Positions 1-9,471 of a stretch of DNA of 64,000 bases are shown in pieces. The notes under the pieces are model-generated. The model was given only the letters and a program-made list of their open reading frames with translations, did no database searches and was not told the DNA's origin. The DNA is taken from positions 288,001-352,000 of the forward strand of contig OZ223270.1 of NCBI GenBank assembly GCA_965140585.1, in the 5' to 3' direction. Position 1 is the stretch's first letter, and every line of letters begins with the position of its first letter. Made by a program: the position numbers and the translations under genes. Origin of the DNA: Spirochaetia bacterium. GTDB lineage: Bacteria > Spirochaetota > Spirochaetia > UBA9216.

Positions 1-2323
1 ATGCCCGTTTAACTTCAATACGGTAAAGGCTGCCTCTGCAGGTTCTTTCAACTGTAAATCCGCTCCAGTCTTCAGGAATTACCGGGTCTACAACCAGATG
101 ATCAAAATCAGGTCTGATCCCCAGCACATACTGTGTGAAAGCAAAGAAGCTCCAGGATGCCGTACCGGTAAGCCATGAGTTCTTGGCTTCACCCTGAATA
201 AAACCATCGCGGCCGGATATCATCTGCGAATATACATAGGGCTCTGTCTTATGCCTTTCCATAAGCGCATCATCATATCCCGGGCATATAGTCCGGTGAT
301 ATTCCATAGCCTGAGCTCCGCGGCCCGCCATGGTCTCGGCAATTATTACCCAGGGATTATTGTGGCAGAAGATTGAACCGTTTTCCTTGTAGCCTTCCGG
401 ATAACTCGATATTTCTCCCAGCTCAATATGGTAGCCGGTGTAGGGCGGCGAAAGGATCTGGATGCCGTAGGGTGAGTACAGATGCTTTTTAACTGAATCA
501 AGAGCCTTAAGAGGTAATCCCTCATCCTTTCCAATCTCAGCCATCCCGCACATTCCCTGCGGTTCAATATAGATACTGCCTTCCGGGCATTCACGGCTGC
601 CTACCCTGCTTCCATTGTGATCATATGCCCTGACAAACCACTCGCCGTCCCAGCCCTCGGCTTTTACAGCAGCTTCCATAGAGCTGATAGCCCCGTCCAT
701 TTCCTCTGCGTCCTTATCAAGCCCGAGCTTACGGCAGAGGGCTGAGAAAGCACGGCCGGAGTATATAAACAGGCCGGCGATAAAAACAGATTCAGCTTTT
801 CCCCCTTCGGCATGTCCGCAGGTCTGAAAAGATTCGTCAGGGTTATCCGAAAATGCATTGAGGTTCAGACAGTCGTTCCAGTCGCCCCGCCCGATAAGCG
901 GAAGCCCGTGCGGACCGAGGTTTGAAAGCGTGAACCTGAATGAGCTTCTTATATGATCAAGCAGACTGCCGGTTTCTCCGTCACGATCCGCCCATTTGAC
1001 CTGTTCATCAAGAATGGAATAATCTCCGGTTTCCCTTACGTAGGTTGCCACTCCCATCGGCAGCCATAGCGGATCATCATTGAAATCTCCGCCGATATCA
1101 CTGTTGCCGGTCTTGGTCAAAGGCTGATACTGGTGATACGAGCTGCCGTCTGCAAACTGAAGGGACGCACCATCCAGTATTCTGGTTCTGACCCTCTGCG
1201 GCACAAGATGGTTGCAGGAAAGGGTATCCTGAAATGTATCCCTGAAACCGATGCCCCGGCTTATTCCTGATTCAAAAAGAGAGGCGCTTCGGGCAAGGTT
1301 GAACGTAACCATGCACTGGTACTGGTTCCAGGTGTTTATAATGCGGTCAATTTTGTTGTCAGGGGTTGAAATCTGAAATGCTGAAAGATAATCAGTCCAG
1401 TATTCCGCAAGATCTGCCAGGCCTGCAGCAATCTTTTCAGCCGAATCATACTTGCTAATCATTTCCAATGCTTCATCTTTTCGAAGCTTTCCCTTATCAT
1501 CCCATTTCTGATCACGGGGATTTTCGGCATAGCCGAGAACAAAGACAGCGGTTCTGCTTTCTCCGGGAGCAAGAGTCATTTTAAGATGGTGCGAGGCCTG
1601 CGGATGCCATCCGTGACAGACTGAATTTCCCGCTTTACCTGCTTCTACCGCCTGCGGCATAGCCAGCCCACGGTTTCGGCCCAGGAATGAGTCCCGATCG
1701 GTATCAAAGCCGGTGTAATCATCTGATACACAGCTGAAAAATGAATAATGGTTTCTTCTTTCCCGGTATTCGGTGCGATGATAAATAACCTGATTTTCAA
1801 TTTCCACTTCTCCGGTGCTGAAGTTGCGCTGAAAGTTGGTCATATCATCAAGAGCATTCCAGAGGCAGAACTCCACAAAAGAAAAGACATCTACAGTCTT
1901 TTGAGAACTGCTCTTATTACTCACTTTCAGGCGGATTACTTCACCCTTATATCCGCGGGGAATGAAATGCAGCTGTGAAACTTCAAGTCCGTTTTTAGCT
2001 CCGGTGATTTCGGTATAGCCCATTCCATGCCTGCATGAATAACTGTCAAGTTCTGCACATACCGGTTTGAATGAAGGACTCCAGACATCATTTCCATCAT
2101 TTATATAGAAGTAACGGCCGTTGCTGTCCACCGGAACATCATTGTAGCGGTACCTTGTAATACGTCTGAGCTTGGGATCCCGGTAAAAGGCATAACCTCC
2201 GGCTGTGTTGCTTATAATGGAAAAGAACTCATCGGTTCCAAGGTAGTTTATCCATGGATATGGTGTATCGGGTGTATTAATAAGGAATTCCCGTGCTTTT
2301 TCATCGAACTGTCCGAAACTCAC
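1..2323 (-). CDS. GH94 glycoside phosphorylase, cellobiose phosphorylase-like (3' end beyond window edge)
   Basis: Not in the ORF track because it runs off the edge. Manual translation from GTG at 2323 gives MSFGQFDEKAREFLINTPDTPYPWINYLG. Later motifs DWNDCLNL and GEAKNSWLTGTASW are typical of cellobiose phosphorylases. The start overlaps the ROK stop (TAGTG). Confidence 0.9.
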   Translation of the reverse strand, partial: MSFGQFDEKAREFLINTPDTPYPWINYLGTDEFFSIISNTAGGYAFYRDPKLRRITRYRYNDVPVDSNGRYFYINDGNDVWSPSFKPVCAELDSYSCRHGMGYTEITGAKNGLEVSQLHFIPRGYKGEVIRLKVSNKSSSQKTVDVFSFVEFCLWNALDDMTNFQRNFSTGEVEIENQVIYHRTEYRERRNHYSFFSCVSDDYTGFDTDRDSFLGRNRGLAMPQAVEAGKAGNSVCHGWHPQASHHLKMTLAPGESRTAVFVLGYAENPRDQKWDDKGKLRKDEALEMISKYDSAEKIAAGLADLAEYWTDYLSAFQISTPDNKIDRIINTWNQYQCMVTFNLARSASLFESGISRGIGFRDTFQDTLSCNHLVPQRVRTRILDGASLQFADGSSYHQYQPLTKTGNSDIGGDFNDDPLWLPMGVATYVRETGDYSILDEQVKWADRDGETGSLLDHIRSSFRFTLSNLGPHGLPLIGRGDWNDCLNLNAFSDNPDESFQTCGHAEGGKAESVFIAGLFIYSGRAFSALCRKLGLDKDAEEMDGAISSMEAAVKAEGWDGEWFVRAYDHNGSRVGSRECPEGSIYIEPQGMCGMAEIGKDEGLPLKALDSVKKHLYSPYGIQILSPPYTGYHIELGEISSYPEGYKENGSIFCHNNPWVIIAETMAGRGAQAMEYHRTICPGYDDALMERHKTEPYVYSQMISGRDGFIQGEAKNSWLTGTASWSFFAFTQYVLGIRPDFDHLVVDPVIPEDWSGFTVERTCRGSLYRIEVKRA

Positions 2324-3513
2324 TATACTGCTTCTCCTCTGGCGTCAACGATAGACTCTATGCTGCTTATAATATTCTGCCTGGTGCTCTGATTCTGGTC
2401 CGGAGAGATTGTCTGGGGCGGAATTGAAAAGAGATGCTCCAGAATGAGACCTGAAGCTCCATAGGCAACAGAAAACTCTTTTTTGGAAAACTCCGAAATG
2501 CTGCACTCCGGCTGTTCACTGTACATCCAGTTATCTTTTATGGCTGCTTTCATAACAGGAATAATCTCATCCTGAAAATCAGTCTCTGTTCCTCCAAAGA
2601 AAAGATGATCCATATTGAATGTATTAACAAGAAGTGCCGCATTTTTCGAAAGCTCGCTTATAAACTTCATAAAGACCGATTTATCATTCATGACATTTAC
2701 GGTCTCATCCTTTGTAAGTGAGAACTGATTAAGACTTCCCGGTGCAGTGAATATACTTTTGAACTCACCGGCTGTGTGGTCCGACCCGCTGTAGACCTTC
2801 CGATCTATCGCTATTCCAAGACCGACAGCAATACCGCCCTTTCCTGTATTCAGAATCTCATCCTTTCTGAACTCAATAAGAAGAACAAGGTAATTCCTCA
2901 GTTTTTCATCACGGTTAAGGGCCAGCTCTCCCCAGGCACAGCAGTTGGCATCATTCTCAATAAAGACAGGGATGCTGAAACTGTGCTTTTCAAATTCCTC
3001 ATAAACATTAAAATCTGAAGTTATATCAAGCGGTATTGATCTTCTGATGATCCCGTTAACAGAATCAATAATACCGGAAATACCTATACCAACAGAAATA
3101 ATCGGAGCTTCAATCTCCTTCTGAATTGAATTAGTGATCTCAATAATTTTAGACGCAAGGTTTTCACTTGTAAAAACCTCGTTTCTTATTTCTGAACGAA
3201 TCAGTTCACCTTCAAGATTTGTTACAGCAAGCTTGTATGATGAATAAGGCTGAATTTCCACACCCAGAATTACGCCGAAGTTCTTGTTAATTGCAAGATG
3301 CACCGGCTTACGTCCGCCTGTTGCTCCTGCCTTGCCTTCTGCTATGGTTTCAATAATTCCTGATTCAAGCAGTTTTGAAACAATCAGGGTAACAGTTGAT
3401 TTATCGATTTCAAGAAGTCTTGAAAGCTCAATCCTGCTTATACCCTTGTTCTGCCATACTGCCCGGAGAATCTTCGGGATATTTAATGAATTTGTGTCAG
3501 TAAAAAATGCCAA
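2323..3513 (-). CDS. ROK family transcriptional repressor (XylR/NagC-like)
   Basis: N-terminal HTH (ISRIELSRLLEIDKSTVT), GGRKP linker, ENDANCCAWGE ROK motif; TTG start with GAGGT RBS. Confidence 0.9.
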   Translation of the reverse strand: MAFFTDTNSLNIPKILRAVWQNKGISRIELSRLLEIDKSTVTLIVSKLLESGIIETIAEGKAGATGGRKPVHLAINKNFGVILGVEIQPYSSYKLAVTNLEGELIRSEIRNEVFTSENLASKIIEITNSIQKEIEAPIISVGIGISGIIDSVNGIIRRSIPLDITSDFNVYEEFEKHSFSIPVFIENDANCCAWGELALNRDEKLRNYLVLLIEFRKDEILNTGKGGIAVGLGIAIDRKVYSGSDHTAGEFKSIFTAPGSLNQFSLTKDETVNVMNDKSVFMKFISELSKNAALLVNTFNMDHLFFGGTETDFQDEIIPVMKAAIKDNWMYSEQPECSISEFSKKEFSVAYGASGLILEHLFSIPPQTISPDQNQSTRQNIISSIESIVDARGEAV

Positions 3514-3528
3514 AATAACCTCATTTGA

Positions 3529-3581
3529 TTGGTTGAATAAATCAACTAACCTAAGTCTAACATAGATCTGCGAACTGTCAA
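3529..3581 (-). promoter_or_regulatory. Promoter of the ROK-GH94 operon with palindromic ROK operator
   Basis: Minus strand: TTGACA (3581-3576), 16 nt, TG-n-TAGACT (3559-3554). The palindrome TTAGTTGA-N5-TCAACCAA (3549-3529) lies just downstream. Confidence 0.65.
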
Positions 3582-3625
3582 TAAAAAATCAGCACTAAAA
3601 ACGGGAAATTTACTGAAAATAAAAT

Positions 3626-3656
3626 TTGACCTTCCCATTTTGGCAAGGTTTATAAT
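3626..3656 (+). promoter_or_regulatory. MerR-type promoter of the glycyl radical enzyme gene
   Basis: TTGACC, 19 bp, TATAAT, with the dyad ACCTTCCCA-TTT-TGGCAAGGT across the spacer. Confidence 0.85.
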
Positions 3657-3685
3657 TTTTTTGTAACCCAAATGGAGGAAAATAT

Positions 3686-6076
3686 ATGATTACTGCAAGA
3701 GTCCAGAGAATGATGGACCGGCTGGAGGTAGAGAAATATCCGATACTAGCCGAAAAGGCCAGGCTTACAATTGAAGCATGGAACAGTCACGAAGGTCTTC
3801 CTTCCGTCCTGCAGCGTGCTTATGCTACCGCACACTACCTTGATAACCGCACCATTTATATAGATGACGATGAGCTTATTGCCGGAAATGTATCCAGCAA
3901 ACCGATGGGAATGGAAGCGGCAACATGGGGGCCCTTCTGGGAGGATAAGGATCTCGAAACAATGGACAGCGTTTTTGAGATCAGTGATGAGGATCGTAAA
4001 ACACTTAGAGGCCTTGATTCTTTCTGGGAAGGCAAGGGCCGTCAGATTTATGAATGGCAGGGACGTTACTATGACGATCACCACTTATGGCCTTTTATAA
4101 GATCAGGAATCCTCTGCCCGCCCTGGACAGATAAAACCAAGGGACGCGGTTCAGGAGGCGCAGGCTTCGGATGGGGTCTGGGAATCGGACTCTCATTCTT
4201 TGTTCCTGACTATGAAAAAATTGTAAAAGAAGGAATAAGCAAAACCCTGCATGATGCTGAGCAGGAACTTTTAACTCTCAGATACCATGACCAGGATTCA
4301 ATCGACAAGGCGGACTACCTTAAGGCGGTAATTATTGCGCTCAGTTCCATGGTAAGAATGTACCACCGCTACGGAGACGCCTGTCAGAAGAAGGCGGATG
4401 AAACTGCTGATGAAACACGAAAGAAGGAATTTCTGCGAATGGCCGACACCTGTCACTGGATAGCCGATAATCCTTCCCGCAATTTCCGTGACGCCCTTCA
4501 GAATTTCTATTTTTACTGGATGATGATTGCCCACGGAGTTACTCCGGGCGGCCGCTTTGACCAGTACATGTACCCATTCTATAAAAAAGACATTGAATCC
4601 GGTGAAATTACCGAGGATGAGGTAATAGAACTTCTGGGAATGCTTCGAATCAAGATAATGCAGTTCAACTTTATAAGCGGCGGAGCACTTCAGCGCGATA
4701 AATGGGCAGGAATGGCCAGATGGCACAACTTTGTCATCGGCGGTGTTGATAAAGACGGAAACGACGCAACAAACGAACTGTCCTACCATGTTCTTCAGGC
4801 TGCATTCGACGTAAGAGTTCCGCAGTACACAATTACTATCAGGGTAAACAAGAACACTCCCGACGCACTTATGAAAAAGGGAGCAGAACTGGTAAGAACG
4901 GGAATAGGAATGCCGGCCTTTATATCCGACGACAGCTATATCTCCGGTCTTGTTGACCAGGGAGTCCCGCTTGAAGAGGCTCGCGGCTATGCCCTTGCCG
5001 GCTGTCTGGATCTAAACATCCCCGGAAAATCCAGAATAAACGCCCTGGGTATGTTCATAGTTCCAAAGGTTCTGGATATAACAATGCATAACGGGTTACT
5101 TACTTCAACCGGAGAGCAGATCGGTCCTAAAACCGGAGAAATGAAAGACTTTAAAACCTTTGATGAGTTCTACACTGCCTTCAAGACCCAGCTTTTTCAC
5201 TTTATGGGTATGTACAATGAGGAACATAATATTCTTATCCATGTAACCCACCATACTCAGCCTGATGTAGTGCATTCAGCCTTCACCTATGAGGGTATAA
5301 CTTCCGGAAAGGACATGAATCAGCGGAAGATGTTCTACGAGAATGCATCAATGTTCAATCCTGTAGGCATGATTAACGTCGTAAATTCAATGGCAGCTGT
5401 TAAGAAACTTGTTTTTGATGAAAAGAAATTTTCAATGGTAGAACTCTATTCTGCTATTGAGGCTGACTGGCTCGGATATGAAAATATTCAGGATCTCTGC
5501 CTGAATGCTCCAAAATACGGAAACAACGACTCTTTCGTTGATGAAATTGCCAAAGATCTCTTCGGATACTGGATATCATCAACTTCAAAATTCAGATCCG
5601 TTTACGGTGAACAGCCCAGACCGACCGGAATATCAATTACCGCGCACGCACCGGGCGGTTCATACACCTGCGCAACTCCTGACGGCCGAAAATCTGGTGA
5701 AACCCTCTGTGACGGGGTAGTCTCTCCAGCCCAGGGAAGTGATGTTCATGGTCCAACAGCCTCTCTGCAGAGCGCAATGCAGATCGATCAGACTCCGTTC
5801 AATGCCATGCTGCTGAATATGAAAATTGATCCTAGCGCACTTAAAAGTGATTCTGATCTTATGAAGCTTTCCGCGCTTATCAAAACCTACATGTTCAACG
5901 GCGGAAAACATATTCAGTTCAACGTTGTAGACAATAAAACACTTAGAACTGCACAGATAACACCTGAAAAATACAGGGATCTGATTGTAAGGGTTGCAGG
6001 ATACAGCACCTATTTCACAATTCTCACACCTGCTGTGCAGGAAGAAATCATTAAGCGGACGGAAAATAAGCTATAG
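3686..6076 (+). CDS. Glycyl radical enzyme (PFL-like superfamily), uncharacterised subtype
   Basis: 796 aa. C-terminal RVAGYS glycyl motif (Gly772), HIQFNV motif, and Cys loop AGCLD with a single Cys440, so it is not a true PFL. Confidence 0.93.
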   Translation: MITARVQRMMDRLEVEKYPILAEKARLTIEAWNSHEGLPSVLQRAYATAHYLDNRTIYIDDDELIAGNVSSKPMGMEAATWGPFWEDKDLETMDSVFEISDEDRKTLRGLDSFWEGKGRQIYEWQGRYYDDHHLWPFIRSGILCPPWTDKTKGRGSGGAGFGWGLGIGLSFFVPDYEKIVKEGISKTLHDAEQELLTLRYHDQDSIDKADYLKAVIIALSSMVRMYHRYGDACQKKADETADETRKKEFLRMADTCHWIADNPSRNFRDALQNFYFYWMMIAHGVTPGGRFDQYMYPFYKKDIESGEITEDEVIELLGMLRIKIMQFNFISGGALQRDKWAGMARWHNFVIGGVDKDGNDATNELSYHVLQAAFDVRVPQYTITIRVNKNTPDALMKKGAELVRTGIGMPAFISDDSYISGLVDQGVPLEEARGYALAGCLDLNIPGKSRINALGMFIVPKVLDITMHNGLLTSTGEQIGPKTGEMKDFKTFDEFYTAFKTQLFHFMGMYNEEHNILIHVTHHTQPDVVHSAFTYEGITSGKDMNQRKMFYENASMFNPVGMINVVNSMAAVKKLVFDEKKFSMVELYSAIEADWLGYENIQDLCLNAPKYGNNDSFVDEIAKDLFGYWISSTSKFRSVYGEQPRPTGISITAHAPGGSYTCATPDGRKSGETLCDGVVSPAQGSDVHGPTASLQSAMQIDQTPFNAMLLNMKIDPSALKSDSDLMKLSALIKTYMFNGGKHIQFNVVDNKTLRTAQITPEKYRDLIVRVAGYSTYFTILTPAVQEEIIKRTENKL

Positions 6077-6130
6077 AGATTCGATAATCCTTCTAAATAT
6101 CGATTATTTAAAAACGTTACAACCAGCCAT

Positions 6131-6166
6131 GGGGTCATCCAATTTTTATTGGATGACCTCCTTTTT
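6131..6166 (+). terminator. Intrinsic terminator after the GRE gene
   Basis: GGGGTCATCCAAT-TTTT-ATTGGATGACCTC followed by CTTTTT. Confidence 0.8.
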
Positions 6167-6212
6167 AAAAACTGCGATAAACACTGATTTTGATCAATGA
6201 AATTAATTTTTC

Positions 6213-6243
6213 TTGACCTTCCCAATATGGTAAGGCTTAAAAT
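6213..6243 (+). promoter_or_regulatory. Second MerR-type promoter, upstream of tctBAC
   Basis: TTGACC, 19 bp, TAAAAT, with the dyad CCTTCCCA-ATA-TGGTAAGG; near-identical to 3626-3656. Confidence 0.85.
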
Positions 6244-6339
6244 TTCGAGAAATTCACAAAAGAATTGGTTGATTATCGGTTGGCGGCACTGACATGCATT
6301 GCGCAGCTAAAAACTGAGAAAATAATAAGGAGAAGGGTT

Positions 6340-6813
6340 TTGACCTCGAAATTTATCCACAAGGACAGAGTTCTCGGACTCATAATGCTGGCTGTAACGG
6401 CGTTCTTCGTATTTCACACCTTAAGACTGCCTGAATCTTACGTTCAGGGTGATCCCGGCCCACGAGTATTCCCCTACATAGGTTGTTTTCTTCTGGGAAT
6501 AATCGGAATTTCCTATCTGTTCAAGAAAAATCCGGACACAAAAACCGTTATGGACAGGGAAGAGCTGAAACGTCTTGTGCTTCTGTTTTCCCTGTATGTA
6601 CTGTTCTTTGTACTGCTCTGGCTTTTCGGCTACCTTGTTGCGATTCCTGCGGCGACATTCCTTATTTCAATGCTGTTCTCAAGGGAAGCAAGTATTAAAA
6701 CCAGAAGCGTAATTATTTATACCGCACTGGTTACGCTAGGAATCTACATCGCATACGTTGTAGCTCTCGGCTCTTCTCTTCCGAAGGGCATATTCTGGAA
6801 CCTTTTCAGGTAG
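6340..6813 (+). CDS. tctB: Tripartite tricarboxylate transporter small membrane subunit
   Basis: Small multi-TM protein with GPRVFP motif and LP.G C-terminus. Start moved to TTG 6340, which follows an AAGGAGAAGG RBS. Confidence 0.85.
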   Translation: MTSKFIHKDRVLGLIMLAVTAFFVFHTLRLPESYVQGDPGPRVFPYIGCFLLGIIGISYLFKKNPDTKTVMDREELKRLVLLFSLYVLFFVLLWLFGYLVAIPAATFLISMLFSREASIKTRSVIIYTALVTLGIYIAYVVALGSSLPKGIFWNLFR

Positions 6814-6831
6814 AAAAGGAAGGTAGACAAA

Positions 6832-8331
6832 ATGATACTTGAAACATTACAGGCAATCGCCACACCTGCGGGATTAATTTATATATTCGGAGGAGCCGTT
6901 CTGGGAATGCTTCTCGGTGCAATCCCCGGACTCAGCGGAGGAACAATAACAATCCTGCTGCTTCCGATATCCTACAAAATGAATCCGGCCCTTGCTTTGG
7001 GTCTGTTTACTTCAATTTACATTGGAAGTACATCCGGAGGCTGTATCGGATCTATTCTGCTTGGAATCCCGGGTACTAACTCATCTATAGTCACTACATT
7101 TGACGGTTATCCGCTAACAAAAAAGGGAGAGCCGGTACGTGCACTCAGTGCCGCTGTAAGCTCAAACTTCATAGCAATGATTCCATCACTTATCATAGCC
7201 ATAATAGCAGCGCCCCTGCTTGCAAAACTTGCTGTAAAACTCGGCCCCTGGGAATATTTTGCACTATGTCTCTGTGCAATTGCAATGGTTGTAGGCCTTT
7301 CAAAAGAGAATGCCTCAAAGGGATTACTTGCTGTAGGACTTGCAATTATAGCTGCATCAGTTGGAATGGCTCCAATTTCCTCTACTCAGCGTTTCACATT
7401 CGGAAACCTCTACCTCTTTGACGGCTTCAGCATTGTAAACATTATGATGGGAATGTTCGCCGCAAAGATTATTCTTCAGGAGTTTGCAAGCGGAAAAAAA
7501 GCCAAGGAAGCATCAAACATAAAAGTCAGCGGATTTAAACTGCCTGTGAGAGACCTGCTTAATAATGTGGGCAACATCATCAGATCCTTTTTCACCGGTC
7601 TTATTATAGGCTTCCTGCCGGGGCTAGGAGGAAAGACTTCTACATTCCTTGCCTATTCAACTGAAAGAAACCTGTCAAAGAACAAGGAAAACTGGGGCAA
7701 AGGAGAAATAGGCGGAGTTATCGCTCCAGAGGTTGCAAACAATGCCGGAATAGGCGGAGAGCTTATTCCGCTGATAGCCCTTGGCATACCGGGAAGCACA
7801 CCAATGACCTTATTCCTTGCTGCACTTACAATTCACGGTATCAATCCGGGACCTCTTTTAATTAGAAATAATCCTGAAATCGTTTATATGATCTACATCG
7901 CAGCTATCATAGCCGCAGTGCTCATCCTGATTGTTGAAATAGTAGGCATGCCCATTTTCCCGAGAATGCTAAAGGCTCCTTATCACTATCTGTACCCATT
8001 AATTATCATAATCTCACTGCTTGGAGCCTTTCTCTGCGGAAACAGCCTCTATGGTCTTTTCATAACCCTTGTTGCATGTCTGATGGGATTGGCAATGGAT
8101 TATTTCGGTATTCCTATTGTGCCATTTATCATGACCTTTATACTCAGTCCGCTTCTTGAGAAAAACTTAAGAATGGCGCTGAATTATTCAGACACCGGAT
8201 TCCTGTCATTTTTGACAAGACCTGTAAGTGCAATCCTTCTGGTTATTGCAGCAGCAGTTCTAATCTGGAATCTTATCGGCCACCACATAAAACCGAAAAA
8301 GACAAAGGAAACTGCAGGCACAGCTCTGTAG
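6832..8331 (+). CDS. tctA: Tripartite tricarboxylate transporter large membrane subunit
   Basis: 499 aa. GAIPGL, ILLGIPGT, APEVANNA and LGIPGS TctA motifs. Confidence 0.93.
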   Translation: MILETLQAIATPAGLIYIFGGAVLGMLLGAIPGLSGGTITILLLPISYKMNPALALGLFTSIYIGSTSGGCIGSILLGIPGTNSSIVTTFDGYPLTKKGEPVRALSAAVSSNFIAMIPSLIIAIIAAPLLAKLAVKLGPWEYFALCLCAIAMVVGLSKENASKGLLAVGLAIIAASVGMAPISSTQRFTFGNLYLFDGFSIVNIMMGMFAAKIILQEFASGKKAKEASNIKVSGFKLPVRDLLNNVGNIIRSFFTGLIIGFLPGLGGKTSTFLAYSTERNLSKNKENWGKGEIGGVIAPEVANNAGIGGELIPLIALGIPGSTPMTLFLAALTIHGINPGPLLIRNNPEIVYMIYIAAIIAAVLILIVEIVGMPIFPRMLKAPYHYLYPLIIIISLLGAFLCGNSLYGLFITLVACLMGLAMDYFGIPIVPFIMTFILSPLLEKNLRMALNYSDTGFLSFLTRPVSAILLVIAAAVLIWNLIGHHIKPKKTKETAGTAL

Positions 8332-8395
8332 AAATAATGTAAACGGTACCCGGAGAGCATATCCCGGGTATTAAAATATAAATGAGGAGAAAAGA

Positions 8396-9418
8396 ATGAA
8401 AAAGATGAGGAAAGTTTTACTGCTGCTGATCGCGGTAATGCTGGTATTCGGACTGCAGCTGGCTACTGCATCAGGACAGGAAGAAGCAGGTGCTGAAGGA
8501 AGCAGCGCTGTTGATTCATGGCCTACAAAGGATGTAAATGTTTACATTCCAAACCCTCCAGGATCACCACTTGATCTTTCAGTAAGAATAATGCTCGAGT
8601 ACCTTAGTGAAAAAACAGGCGGAACCTTTATTCCCCTGAACGAAACAACAGGAGTGGGAACACTTGCTCTGCAGAAACTTTCTGCAGCCAAACCCGATGG
8701 TAGCACAATTATGTTCACAGGTTCCGGAAGCAATATCCAGTACCACACCGGACAGAACACCATCAATCCCCTTGATGAAAGTAAGGTTACAATTATCTCT
8801 TCATCAGCAGGACTTAAAATTGACTTCGATTCAGTTCTAGTCACAGTTCCAGAAAGCCCCTATCAGACCTGGGAAGAGTTCCTTGCATATGTAAGAGCAA
8901 ACCCCGGAAAAGTTAACTATGGGACAAGCACAGGATCAACTGTAGAAGTAAAAGCGAAACTGATTCTTGATCAGTTCGACCTGACCGATAAAGTTAAACT
9001 TGTCTACGCACCAAGCACAGAGATTCCAATCGGAATGCTTGGAGGTTCAATCGATGTGGCAATGGTATCAGGCTTCAGCGGGCTTCAGTATCTTGAAGAA
9101 GGCTCATTCATTCCAATGATGCACACTATTGATGAGTATAATGGAAACAACCCTGTTTTCCTTGGTGTTCCGACCTACACAGATCTCGGATGTCCGGAAC
9201 TTTATTCTGCATTCCCGATGTATGTTATCGGCCCCGGAAACATGGATCCGCTGCTGGTTATGAAGATCAATTCTACAATGGCAGGCGCTGCTGACGATCC
9301 CGATTACGTTGCACGCTGGGACAAGATGCACAGTATCTACGTCCCCAAGAGCCCCGAAACTATCAGGGCCGAAGTTATGGTAATGGACAAAAACATAGAA
9401 AGAGTTTTCAAAAAATAA
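8396..9418 (+). CDS. tctC: Tripartite tricarboxylate transporter substrate-binding protein (Bug/TctC)
   Basis: Signal peptide; WPTKDVNVYIP...G..D and AKPDGSTI motifs; follows tctA. Confidence 0.88.
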   Translation: MKKMRKVLLLLIAVMLVFGLQLATASGQEEAGAEGSSAVDSWPTKDVNVYIPNPPGSPLDLSVRIMLEYLSEKTGGTFIPLNETTGVGTLALQKLSAAKPDGSTIMFTGSGSNIQYHTGQNTINPLDESKVTIISSSAGLKIDFDSVLVTVPESPYQTWEEFLAYVRANPGKVNYGTSTGSTVEVKAKLILDQFDLTDKVKLVYAPSTEIPIGMLGGSIDVAMVSGFSGLQYLEEGSFIPMMHTIDEYNGNNPVFLGVPTYTDLGCPELYSAFPMYVIGPGNMDPLLVMKINSTMAGAADDPDYVARWDKMHSIYVPKSPETIRAEVMVMDKNIERVFKK

Positions 9419-9428
9419 AACTTATTCA

Positions 9429-9455
9429 TGCGGGAGGTGGTTCCTGCCTCCCGCA
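9429..9455 (+). terminator. Stem-loop between tctC and merR (terminator or stabiliser, no U tail)
   Basis: TGCGGGAGGT...GCCTCCCGCA inverted repeat. Confidence 0.5.
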
Positions 9456-9471
9456 GATCCTTGAGAAATTT

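Noticed and set aside
346-1978. Short ORFs 346-594, 664-858 and 1748-1978
   Set aside because: They are off-frame or antisense shadows inside the GH94 gene that spans 1-2323.
3686-6076. Pyruvate formate-lyase or choline TMA-lyase call
   Set aside because: It lacks the PFL Cys-Cys pair and the GCVE loop, and there are no microcompartment or cutD genes.
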